This document shows, one piece after another, positions 26,061-34,395 of a stretch of 40,038 nucleotides of DNA. The translations under genes were made by a program, and so were the position numbers. Numbering within the stretch: position 1 is the first letter of the stretch; each line of letters opens with the position of its first letter. The DNA is from an uncultured Candidatus Saccharibacteria bacterium (GTDB lineage Bacteria > Patescibacteriota > Minisyncoccia > UBA6257 > 2-01-FULL-56-20): positions 1 to 40,038 of the forward strand of contig CAYZZK010000001.1 in assembly GCA_964483045.1 (NCBI GenBank), written 5' to 3'. The notes beneath the pieces were generated by a model. It made no database searches, was not told where the DNA came from, and saw only the letters and a list, made by a program, of their open reading frames with translations.

Positions 26061-26204
26061 TCACGTCACTCGTTTCACTCGCTCCCTCAAAGCTCTTGGT
26101 TTTGAGTAATTTCCTACACGGGAAACCGAGTGCGGTTCCCCGACCCCCCTCCACTGTTCGATTCCCTCGAACTTGTCCCTCGCGCCATCACTCGCTCGGG
26201 ACAC

Positions 26205-26235
26205 TTGAAAATCTAACCCCGACACAAAGTCGGGG
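26205..26235 (-). terminator. Intrinsic terminator downstream of tRNA-Gly
   Basis: On the minus strand: CCCCGAC-TTTGT-GTCGGGG followed by TTAGATTTTC. Confidence 0.6.
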
Positions 26236-26250
26236 AAGATTTTCTAAGTG

Positions 26251-26321
26251 AGCGGGATACCGGAATCGAACCGGCGCCCTCACCTTGGCAAGGTGACGTA
26301 CTGCCACTATACTAATCCCGC
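26251..26321 (-). tRNA. tRNA-Gly (anticodon GCC)
   Basis: Manual cloverleaf: acceptor GCGGGAT/ATCCCGC, D arm GTAT-AGTGGCA-GTAC, anticodon arm TCACC-TTGCCAA-GGTGA, T arm GCCGG-TTCGATT-CCGGT, discriminator U. CCA is not encoded. Confidence 0.9.
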
Positions 26322-26423
26322 CTCCGTCCCGCTTCGCGGGACTCCGGCGGGCAGGCCCGCTTCTAAAAGTCTCGCTGACGAGTACGGTTTCCATTTTATA
26401 CTCCAACAATTTTATTCTCAAGT

Positions 26424-26738
26424 TTAATAATTCGGCGGTGGGCCGCTTGGTCCGTGAATGGTGGGCTGGCTTGTTGGACCTTTGAAGCCCACGGGAATGA
26501 ATTTGGGGGTCGTGGAACTGGCTAGTCCTGTGCTCTCTCTGTTTATAGAAATACTGGATGACGAACTAAGCGATTTTTTGGTGCTGTCCTGCGGAGAAAT
26601 TCTCGCGGAAGAGGTGCTGGCGATCGGTTGGGAAAGAAGCGAATGCAAAATTTGCCCTTTCAAATTTCCGTAAAAATAAGTAGAAAGGGCAAGCCCGGTG
26701 GCTGCTAACATCGCTACAGCTATCAGGATTGACTTCAT
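26424..26738 (-). CDS. Small secreted/membrane-anchored Ser-rich protein
   Basis: 104 aa. N-terminal hydrophobic segment (ILIAVAMLAATGLAL), low-complexity tail. Lies between the two tRNA genes. Confidence 0.4.
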   Translation of the reverse strand: MKSILIAVAMLAATGLALSTYFYGNLKGQILHSLLSQPIASTSSARISPQDSTKKSLSSSSSISINRESTGLASSTTPKFIPVGFKGPTSQPTIHGPSGPPPNY

Positions 26739-26794
26739 CTGAATTCAATTCTAATTTCTCTATTCAATCTCAGTATTATAACATGAACTTTTTG

Positions 26795-26866
26795 TGTCCC
26801 CACGAGGAATTGAACCTCGATCTCAGCCTTCGCAGGGCTGCGCTCTATCCGTTGAGCTATGAGGAC
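26795..26866 (-). tRNA. tRNA-Arg (anticodon GCG)
   Basis: Manual cloverleaf: acceptor GTCCTCA/TGGGGAC, D arm GCTC-AACGGATA-GAGC, anticodon arm CAGCC-CTGCGAA-GGCTG, 4-nt variable loop, T arm CGAGG-TTCAATT-CCTCG, discriminator A. Confidence 0.85.
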
Positions 26867-26966
26867 TTCCGGTTCCATCTCAAAATAAGCTTTTTCCCAG
26901 AAATGTCCATTTTAAGCCGACCTTCGATCTTTTCGCTTTTTATCAATCAGCTTTTTGAAATGAGGC

Positions 26967-27443
26967 CTAAAACCCCACAAGTTCTTCAATCGAATCCATG
27001 AGCGAGGGCTCATAATCAGTCTCTTTTAGGTTTTTTGCAAGGAATGATCGTGTTTCTTCAAGACGATTTTTGGGAAGGGCGATTCGAAGCGCTCTTCGAA
27101 AATGCTTACTGAATTTGAAAATTATATTTTCAAATTCATTTCCGTCTTTGCTGTAGCAGGAGAACGTTTCCATATCCCCGTAAGGGTAAAATTTCTTATC
27201 CTCGATGAACAGCCCTTTTTGCGTAAGTCGGAAGTGAAATATTCCGGGTTGTTGGCTCCCCCACGCGAGCATGAGAATTTCCGCGACCAGAATAAAAAGG
27301 CCAAACAGGAAATTTCTTTGCCACGCAGCGAATCCAATGCATACGACCGCGACGATGATGGAAATCCAATACCATGAAACCTCTTTGTGTCTATACTCAA
27401 ACTCTGGAGCTTCCCATGTTATTTCTTCCGGCTCATGTTCCAT
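26967..27443 (-). CDS. Two-TM membrane protein of unknown function
   Basis: Hydrophobic hairpin (WYWISIIVAVVCIGFAAW ... FGLFILVAEILMLAW) followed by a soluble domain. The ORF opens at 27503; the ATG at 27443 (MEHEPEE) is preferred. Confidence 0.5.
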   Translation of the reverse strand: MEHEPEEITWEAPEFEYRHKEVSWYWISIIVAVVCIGFAAWQRNFLFGLFILVAEILMLAWGSQQPGIFHFRLTQKGLFIEDKKFYPYGDMETFSCYSKDGNEFENIIFKFSKHFRRALRIALPKNRLEETRSFLAKNLKETDYEPSLMDSIEELVGF

Positions 27444-27519
27444 GTGTTTTATAGTAAAGTAATCAATTTTTAATGTAAATGAGTATTTTGGGCTATTCGC
27501 CATTCTTTATTTTTCGTTT

Positions 27520-28233
27520 TCAAGCTTTCGCGACGACGAGTGCGAGAATACGTTCTGCCCCAGCGCGTTTCAGCTCTTCGGCTGCCGCGAGCATTGTGGC
27601 TCCGGAAGTAATTACGTCGTCTATGAGGACAACCACTTTTTTCTGCCGCAACGGTTTTTCGTTTATGACCGAGAAGCATCCTTGCGCATTCTGAAGACGC
27701 TCTCGCAGATTTCTGGTTTCGCTTTGGGGTACGGTGTCTCGCGTCCGAGCCAAACAATCCAAGGCGAGTTCAAGGGCGTACTGCTTGGCAAAGACGCGGG
27801 CGATGATCTCTGACTGGTTAAACCCCCGCTCCCTTCGTCTTTTTTTAGAAAGAGGGATAGGCATCACTACCGCGTTTCCTTTTTTGCCGAGGCCGAATCT
27901 TTCGAGTTCGGCGACGGACTCGGCATAGCGGACCAGTAACATTCCCAAATCTTTTCCGGATTTTTTCAGAAATCGGAATTTTAAGCCATGTATCATCTCT
28001 TTGATGGCGCCGTCGTCATAATTTGTAGCCGCGCCCAAGAGGTACGGTGTACTTTTGTGGCACACTTTCTTTCCTTCCGGAAGACGAGCCCGGCATTGTC
28101 CGCAAAATAGGGTTTTATTGAGGCTTATGGTTCCAAGACAGTCCCCGCATATCGCCTCTTCTCCTTCAGTTCGTTTTTCGCAGTTGAGGCACTGCGAAGG
28201 GAATACCATGCTGAATATGCTCTCGATGTTCAT
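27520..28233 (-). CDS. comFC: ComF-family protein (ComFC-like, phosphoribosyltransferase fold)
   Basis: N-terminal Cys clusters (CLNC...CGDC, CGQC) and the PRT motif VVLIDDVITSGATM. Confidence 0.85.
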   Translation of the reverse strand: MNIESIFSMVFPSQCLNCEKRTEGEEAICGDCLGTISLNKTLFCGQCRARLPEGKKVCHKSTPYLLGAATNYDDGAIKEMIHGLKFRFLKKSGKDLGMLLVRYAESVAELERFGLGKKGNAVVMPIPLSKKRRRERGFNQSEIIARVFAKQYALELALDCLARTRDTVPQSETRNLRERLQNAQGCFSVINEKPLRQKKVVVLIDDVITSGATMLAAAEELKRAGAERILALVVAKA

Positions 28234-28365
28234 TTTATGTTTGTAATAGTACGCAACAAAAAATATTTTGTATACACTGCAGGGTAGAGATATTTTCGTG
28301 ATTCACGATAGCTATGTTTGTGAGCAGCAAAGTATCTTCCATTTTTCGTTTTGTTGCCTGCGGGG

Positions 28366-28371
28366 TATAAT
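28366..28371 (+). promoter_or_regulatory. -10 box (GCGGGGTATAAT context) 8 nt upstream of the pilM ATG
   Basis: TATAAT at 28366-28371, ATG at 28380. The same 12-mer GCGGGGTATAAT precedes pilD. Confidence 0.5.
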
Positions 28372-28379
28372 GAACTGGC

Positions 28380-29471
28380 ATGGCAGATGTTTTCAAGTTT
28401 TTTAAAAGCAATCTCGGCTCTTCGTATCTGGGCGTTGATATAGGAACGACTTCCATAAAAGTTATCGAGGTAGAGCGCGGAGGAAGACTCCCGCGCGTCA
28501 TTAATTATGGTTTCTTGGAATCTGGGGGATATCTTGCGCGCGCCAACCAAGCGCTCCAAACGAGCACGCTAAAACTTTTCGAGAAGGAAGCAGTGGAGCT
28601 TTTGCGGTTGGTTTTGAACGAAATGAAAGTCCAAACCAAAGAGGCCGTCGCGTCGCTCCCGGTGTTTTCGGCGTTCACGACGGTGCTCGATTTTCCGGAC
28701 ATGAACCCGGCGGATCTGGAAAAGGCGATACCGTTCCAGGCCAAACAATATGTTCCGGTACCGCTTTCCGAGGTTGCCCTTGATTGGACAAAAGTAGGGG
28801 AATTTACCGACGAGCGCGGATTTAAGCACATACGGGTTCTTATGGTATCCGTACCGCAGGAACAAATTCTGAAGTATCAGAGGATTTTTAAATTGGCCGG
28901 CCTCACGCTCAATGCACTGGAGCTCGAAAGTCTGTGTCTCGCTCGACTTTTCGGCGGCAATGACCCAACTCCTACCGTCGTCGTCGACATCGGAAGCCGT
29001 TCGACCAATATCGCTTTTTTGGAACAGGGACAATTGAGGTTTAATGCCCAGAGCGACTTTGCGGGAGCATCGCTTACGCAGGCCCTGGCAACGGGCCTCG
29101 GAATAACTTCTCTCCGAGCCGAGGAGCTGAAAAAGGACCGGGGAATCATCGGCACGGGGCCCGGCCTCGAATTGTCAACGATAATGCTTCCCTTCCTGGA
29201 CGCTATAATCAACGAGGTTAAAACCTCGATTTTCAAATACCAAAGTCAATTTCCACAAGCACTAAAAATCGAGCGGCTTATACTCGCCGGGGGCGGAGCA
29301 AATCTGGCCGGAATTGAAACATATTTCGGAAAAGAGTTTGATGTCCCAGTCGTTAAAGCGACTCCATTCACGCAGTTTGAATATCCCCAGGACATGACTC
29401 CGATGCTCGCAGAGCTCAATCCGCTTATGAGCGTTGCGCTGGGGCTTGTGCTGAATCGACTCCAAAAATAA
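28380..29471 (+). CDS. pilM: Type IV pilus assembly protein PilM (actin-like ATPase fold)
   Basis: LGVDIGTTSIKVIEV phosphate-1 motif, VVDIGSRSTNIAF, ILAGGGANLAG. 363 aa. Confidence 0.85.
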   Translation: MADVFKFFKSNLGSSYLGVDIGTTSIKVIEVERGGRLPRVINYGFLESGGYLARANQALQTSTLKLFEKEAVELLRLVLNEMKVQTKEAVASLPVFSAFTTVLDFPDMNPADLEKAIPFQAKQYVPVPLSEVALDWTKVGEFTDERGFKHIRVLMVSVPQEQILKYQRIFKLAGLTLNALELESLCLARLFGGNDPTPTVVVDIGSRSTNIAFLEQGQLRFNAQSDFAGASLTQALATGLGITSLRAEELKKDRGIIGTGPGLELSTIMLPFLDAIINEVKTSIFKYQSQFPQALKIERLILAGGGANLAGIETYFGKEFDVPVVKATPFTQFEYPQDMTPMLAELNPLMSVALGLVLNRLQK

Positions 29472-29596
29472 GCAATCGCGTTGCCGGATTTCAGCCGTTC
29501 TCGACGCGAGCGGCCGCTTATTTAATAATAAGTGGAGTGCGGTATTTTCTATTTTATTTTCTAAGGGGTATACTATATTGAAACGCTAAAAAATCC

Positions 29597-30178
29597 ATGC
29601 CTCTTCCTCAAAAAGTCGTCGAACAATTGGGACGAGAGCCACCCAAAACCCCGGGCTGGTCAGGCAAGCTCCTGATGTTTTCCGGAACCCTATTTTTTGT
29701 AGCCCTTGCTTTGTATTTCGGGCTCTCTTTCGGTTACGCCCCCTATCTTACGGCGCAAATCGCAAAGATAAACCGAGATATCGACCAATTTGGGCAGCAA
29801 GTATCCGTCGGGGACCAATTAAAACTTGTGAGCTTTTATTCACAGTTGGGAAATATCAAATCTTTGCTGGCCGCCCAGACTATCGGCCTCCGCGCGTTCG
29901 ACTGGGTTGAAAAAAACACGCAGGTAAACTCGTACTTAAGGAATCTCACCGTAAATTTTGTCGGGGGACAAATGTCTTACGGGATTTCGACGATAACAAT
30001 GGACGATGCGCTTCAGCAAATTGGGTGGCTTCAGAAAAAAACCGAAATTGCAAAAATGGGAGTTGGAGGAATCTCTTCCGCCGGAAGCGAATGGCAATTC
30101 GAAGTCCAGCTCGCTCTGGATAAAGATTATTTTTCGCGGTCGTATGGATTGAGCAAAAATGCGACAACGACTAAATAA
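29597..30178 (+). CDS. PilN-like bitopic pilus assembly protein
   Basis: Short cytoplasmic N-terminus, one TM (LLMFSGTLFFVALALYFGL), a coiled segment. Positioned after pilM. Confidence 0.5.
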   Translation: MPLPQKVVEQLGREPPKTPGWSGKLLMFSGTLFFVALALYFGLSFGYAPYLTAQIAKINRDIDQFGQQVSVGDQLKLVSFYSQLGNIKSLLAAQTIGLRAFDWVEKNTQVNSYLRNLTVNFVGGQMSYGISTITMDDALQQIGWLQKKTEIAKMGVGGISSAGSEWQFEVQLALDKDYFSRSYGLSKNATTTK

Positions 30179-30181
30179 GAA

Positions 30182-30802
30182 ATGAAACAGACGACAAAAC
30201 GGTTCTTGAGCATGATTTTGGGGGTCGTCTTTTTTGTCGGATCCGTGGTCACTTATTTTCAGTTCATCCAGCCGGAGTACGGCGAGATTTTAAAACTCAA
30301 GAGTACGATGGCCAGTCTCCAATCATTTTTGGATAAGGAAAAACAGGCGATCAACACAGTGAAGCAGTTGATCAGCGACTACAACACGAAAAATGAAAAA
30401 ATTCAGCAGACCGTTTCCCTGGTTTTGCCGACGGAACCGGATGTAGCCGGCGCAGTCGCGCAACTTTACGGATTATCCCAAAACAACAACCTGCAGTTAA
30501 AGAGCGTCGGGATTTCTGTTTCTGGTTTGTCTAACGCGCCTTCGCAGGTAACGGGATTGGCGCCTTCAAACCTCGCGCTGGCGCTTCAGCGGCCGAAGGG
30601 GACGCTTTCGCTGTCCACGGTACTAACAGGTTCATATGAAGATTTCAAGGCATTTCTTTCAGAACTCCAGACGAACATCCGGATATTCGATATAAAATCC
30701 CTCGCGGTGAGCCCGATTATTAACGTGAATAATAAGGTCCCTCAACCAATAGAGAGATTTACTTTTAGCATTTCGGTGGCGACGTATTATCAAAGTCCTT
30801 AA
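30182..30802 (+). CDS. PilO-like bitopic pilus assembly protein
   Basis: One TM (ILGVVFFVGSVVTYF), a coiled coil, a ferredoxin-like C-terminus expected. Positioned 3 nt after the pilN-like gene. Confidence 0.5.
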   Translation: MKQTTKRFLSMILGVVFFVGSVVTYFQFIQPEYGEILKLKSTMASLQSFLDKEKQAINTVKQLISDYNTKNEKIQQTVSLVLPTEPDVAGAVAQLYGLSQNNNLQLKSVGISVSGLSNAPSQVTGLAPSNLALALQRPKGTLSLSTVLTGSYEDFKAFLSELQTNIRIFDIKSLAVSPIINVNNKVPQPIERFTFSISVATYYQSP

Positions 30803-30967
30803 TTTAGGTTTAAACCGGGATATGTTCTCCCTGGGATGTCAGGTAGCCGCCATTGCAGATTCTAGCCGCGTTTGGAGGATATCTTGTTTCTGGCGGAAGA
30901 TGCGTTAGGATATAGTATATCCGTGGTCCGTAGGAGTCGCTACGGAAGTGAGCAGTGCACTTTTTCT

Positions 30968-31264
30968 ATGGCAATAGTGGTTTCTGAAGAAGGCGAGCAA
31001 AAGATCGACATCCTAAATATCGCGATATGGGTTTTTTTGCTCGTACTTATAGGGGTAGCCGCGTATCTGATATTTTTTAGAAAGCCGGAGCTCGTAGAAG
31101 TCGTTTCTCCGTCCAGTTTCAAAAACATAGACCCGCTTGCGAAAGTAGCGCTTAATCCCCAAGAAGTTGTGAATAGCCCGGACTTCCGATCGCTCAAGCA
31201 ATATGTTCCATTGCCGTCGCCGGCGAGCGTCGGGCGGAGCAATCCATTTCTAGTCCCTTTTTAG
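30968..31264 (+). CDS. Small single-TM protein in the pilus locus
   Basis: The ORF track opens at a TTG at 30872; the ATG at 30968 (MAIVVSEEGEQK) is preferred. TM IAIWVFLLVLIGVAAYLIFF. Confidence 0.4.
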   Translation: MAIVVSEEGEQKIDILNIAIWVFLLVLIGVAAYLIFFRKPELVEVVSPSSFKNIDPLAKVALNPQEVVNSPDFRSLKQYVPLPSPASVGRSNPFLVPF

Positions 31265-31299
31265 TCATATGATTTCTTCCAAGAACTAACAGAGCACGC

Positions 31300-33021
31300 A
31301 TGACCGACCAAGAACTGCTCACGGAAATACAGAAGGCGGGCCTGCTCGACCAGGCGACCGCGGAGAAGGTTAAAAAAGACGCGTTTCTCTCGGGGCGCAG
31401 TATTGAGACGCTCCTTGTCGCCGACAGACTGGCGGACGATGTCCGCGTGGCAGAGATCAAAAGCAAAATTCTCGGCATCCCGTATAAAAAAGTAGATGCG
31501 GAAGCCATCACGGACGAGTTATTGGAGCTTTTGCCGGAAGAAACCGCCCGCACGTATGAAGCGATTCCCATAGCGAAAAAAGACAATTTGCTCATAGTCG
31601 GTATGCTTCATCCCGACAGCCCAAAAGCGCAGGAAGCGCTCCGGTTCATCGCGCGCAAAGAACACCTCAATCTGGGCGTGTATCTCATTTCCTTTGGCGA
31701 TTGGAAAAATGCCTTGAGAAAGTATTCTCCGTATCGCAACGAGCTGGAGCGCGCCGTTCAGCAACTCAATGTAAAATCCGGTAAAGGCGGGCAGAAAATC
31801 ATCCATCTGGAGGATGGCGGGGAAGGCGAGGAAGCGCCGATAATCAAGATCGTTGCGGATACGTTTAAGGAAGCTTTGGCGAGCAGGGCGTCGGATATTC
31901 ACATTGAACCGATGGAGCATTACCTGCGGATCCGTTTCAGAATAGACGGGGATTTGCGCGAAGTCGCATCGCTTCCTATCGAGTTGTCCCAGCCCGTCAT
32001 CTCGCGGGTGAAAGTTATTTCGAGCTTGAAGATCGACGAGTCGCGCATTCCACAGGGCGGGCGTTTTCGGACGCGGGTGTCCGACCGGGATATCGATTTT
32101 CGGGTCGCGACGTTCCCGACGCCCCTGGGGGAAAAGGTGGCGATTCGAGTGCTGGATCCGCGGGCGGGCCTCAAAAAACTGGAAAGTCTTGGATTTAGAT
32201 ATAGAAACCTCGATATTCTAAACGCGGGCCTCGAAAAACCGTTTGGCATGATCCTGGCTACGGGGCCGACAGGTTCGGGAAAAACCACGACTTTGTACGC
32301 CATTCTCCAAACTATCAACAAAGAAAATGTAAATATCGTAAGTCTGGAAGATCCGGTCGAGTATTTCGTCGAGGGCATCAACCAATCCCAGGTGCGGCCG
32401 GAAATCGGGTATGACTTTGCCTCCGGCTTGCGGCAGATTTTGCGGCAAGATCCGGATGTGCTTATGGTCGGCGAAATCAGGGATTCAGAGACTGCGGGGC
32501 TCGCGGTCCAGGCGGCTCTTACCGGGCACGTGGTTCTCTCCTCGTTGCACACGAATAATTCCGCGGGCGTGATCCCGCGGCTCATCGACATGAAGGTAGA
32601 GCCGTTTTTATTGCCGGTGTCGCTCAATATCATGATGTCGCAGCGGTTGGCTGGAGAGCTTTGCCACAGTTGCAAGACCGCCGATGAGCCGCTCCCCGAG
32701 GTTCTTGAGATTATACGCAGGGCGGTGGCCGGGTTGCCGAAAGAAATCAGAGACAAATATCCGGAGCCGTATAAAATTTATCATGCGCATGGGTGTCCCG
32801 AATGCAAAGGGAAGGGCGTCGTAGGGAGGGTAGCGCTCCATGAAGTTTTTGAGATGACTCCGGAAGTCGAGAAAATTATAGTTGAAGGCCCCACCCTTCA
32901 GAGGATTACTGCGGAAGCCAAGCGCCAGGGAATGCTTACGCTCCGGCAGGACGGGGTTCTTAACGCCCTGGATGGAATAGTCTCGATCGAGGAAGTGATA
33001 CGGGAAACACAGGAGACGTAG
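31300..33021 (+). CDS. pilB: Type IV pilus assembly ATPase PilB (GspE family)
   Basis: Walker A GPTGSGKTTTLY, Asp box, Walker B DPDVLMVGEIRD, His box, tetracysteine CHSC...CPEC. Confidence 0.95.
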   Translation: MTDQELLTEIQKAGLLDQATAEKVKKDAFLSGRSIETLLVADRLADDVRVAEIKSKILGIPYKKVDAEAITDELLELLPEETARTYEAIPIAKKDNLLIVGMLHPDSPKAQEALRFIARKEHLNLGVYLISFGDWKNALRKYSPYRNELERAVQQLNVKSGKGGQKIIHLEDGGEGEEAPIIKIVADTFKEALASRASDIHIEPMEHYLRIRFRIDGDLREVASLPIELSQPVISRVKVISSLKIDESRIPQGGRFRTRVSDRDIDFRVATFPTPLGEKVAIRVLDPRAGLKKLESLGFRYRNLDILNAGLEKPFGMILATGPTGSGKTTTLYAILQTINKENVNIVSLEDPVEYFVEGINQSQVRPEIGYDFASGLRQILRQDPDVLMVGEIRDSETAGLAVQAALTGHVVLSSLHTNNSAGVIPRLIDMKVEPFLLPVSLNIMMSQRLAGELCHSCKTADEPLPEVLEIIRRAVAGLPKEIRDKYPEPYKIYHAHGCPECKGKGVVGRVALHEVFEMTPEVEKIIVEGPTLQRITAEAKRQGMLTLRQDGVLNALDGIVSIEEVIRETQET

Positions 33022-33167
33022 CAAGTTCAAAATCCCAAAGTTCAAAACCACAAAGATAAAATATTTTAAACCATGAACATACAGGTGCAAGGAATTCTGT
33101 GGTATGGTAAAGTGAAAATATAACAAAAAACTGCTTAGTTTTTGAGATTCAACCCTTAACTATTTTT

Positions 33168-34241
33168 ATGGAAGACTATAAAGAAAAATTACGCGAGCTC
33201 TTAATCATTACTGCGAAGCAAAATGCGTCGGATTTGCATATTGCCGTCGGCAGGAGGCCGACGATTCGGGTCGACGGAGTGCTGGTGCCGATTCAGAAAG
33301 AGCCGATAACGACGCCGGAAGTGGCCGAGGGGCTCATTTTCGAACTCCTCGTAAACGATCAGCGGGAGCGACTGCTTCGGGAGCGGCAGCTGGATTTTGC
33401 CTATAGCTTCGAAGACAAAGCCCGCTTTCGCGTGAACGTTTACTTTCAGCGGGGATATCTGGCGGCATCGCTTCGGCTGATTCAAGCCCGGATCAAAAGC
33501 ATCGACGAACTCGGCCTTCCGCCGATCCTCCACGAGTTCGGAAAATTATCCCAGGGATTCGTGCTGGCCGTGGGGCCCGCGGGACACGGAAAATCTTCCA
33601 CTCTCGCGGCGATCCTCGATAAGGTGAACCATACGCGATCAGACCACATTATTACGATCGAGGATCCGATTGAGTATTTGTTTACGCAGGACCGATGCAT
33701 CATTTCCCAGCGCGAGGTGGGTAGCGATACCCCGTCGTTTCATGCGGCACTCCGAAACGTATTGCGCCAAGACCCGGACGTAGTCATGATCGGCGAAATG
33801 CGCGACGCGGTTTCCATCGCAACTGCCATGACCGCGGCCGAGACCGGCCACCTGGTGTTCTCGACGCTCCACACCAACTCGGCATCGCAGACAATCGACC
33901 GCATCATCGATTCGTTCCCGGCCGACCAGCAGACCCAGGTCACTTCCCAGCTTGCGGCCACGCTCGTCGCTATCGTCTCCGAGCGTCTCTTGCCGCGGCT
34001 TTCCGGCGGCAGGGTTCCCGCGATGGAAATCATGATCGTCAATCCGGCGATCCGGAACCTCATCAGGGAAAGGAAGATTTACCAAATAGATCTCGTCATA
34101 GAAACAAGTCTTCAAGAAGGAATGATCACCCTGAACAGATCCCTGGTCCATCTCGTGAAAAACAAGGAAGTGTCGCTCGAAAATGCCGAACTGTATTCTC
34201 TTAATCCGGCGGAACTGCGGATACTCCTGGAGAGGACGTAG
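33168..34241 (+). CDS. pilT: Twitching-motility retraction ATPase PilT
   Basis: ASDLHI motif, Walker A GPAGHGKSSTL, DPDVVMIGEMRD, GHLVFSTLHT. 357 aa. Confidence 0.9.
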   Translation: MEDYKEKLRELLIITAKQNASDLHIAVGRRPTIRVDGVLVPIQKEPITTPEVAEGLIFELLVNDQRERLLRERQLDFAYSFEDKARFRVNVYFQRGYLAASLRLIQARIKSIDELGLPPILHEFGKLSQGFVLAVGPAGHGKSSTLAAILDKVNHTRSDHIITIEDPIEYLFTQDRCIISQREVGSDTPSFHAALRNVLRQDPDVVMIGEMRDAVSIATAMTAAETGHLVFSTLHTNSASQTIDRIIDSFPADQQTQVTSQLAATLVAIVSERLLPRLSGGRVPAMEIMIVNPAIRNLIRERKIYQIDLVIETSLQEGMITLNRSLVHLVKNKEVSLENAELYSLNPAELRILLERT

Positions 34242-34395
34242 AATAAATCAATTCCGTTAGACGCGATCGCGCTTTGACAATCCAGATTTTGTACTTGGAG
34301 GGGAACGGTTTATGATATATGTACGGGAGACGTGCATAGGTTGCAATTCGCCTGCCTAGAGAATTATTTTTTCATTCAAGCAGTTTCTATATGAG

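Noticed and set aside
26061-26248. The 188-nt segment between the tRNA-Gly repeats, considered as a tmRNA, a second tRNA or a tRNA intron.
   Set aside because: There is no matching 5' acceptor strand, no T-stem 5' strand upstream of the duplicated end, no resume-codon/tag ORF, and the neighbouring tRNA-Gly is intact.
26188-26421. A 77-aa ORF on the minus strand.
   Set aside because: It completely overlaps tRNA-Gly together with its leader and terminator, so the reading frame is incidental.
33021-33055. An imperfect 15-nt tandem (GCAAGTTCAAAATCC / CAAAGTTCAAAACCA) in the pilB-pilT spacer. In general, short tandem repeats were considered as CRISPR-like arrays.
   Set aside because: There are only two imperfect units (11 of 15 identical) of A-rich sequence. 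There is no repeat-spacer periodicity anywhere in the window, so no CRISPR array is called.
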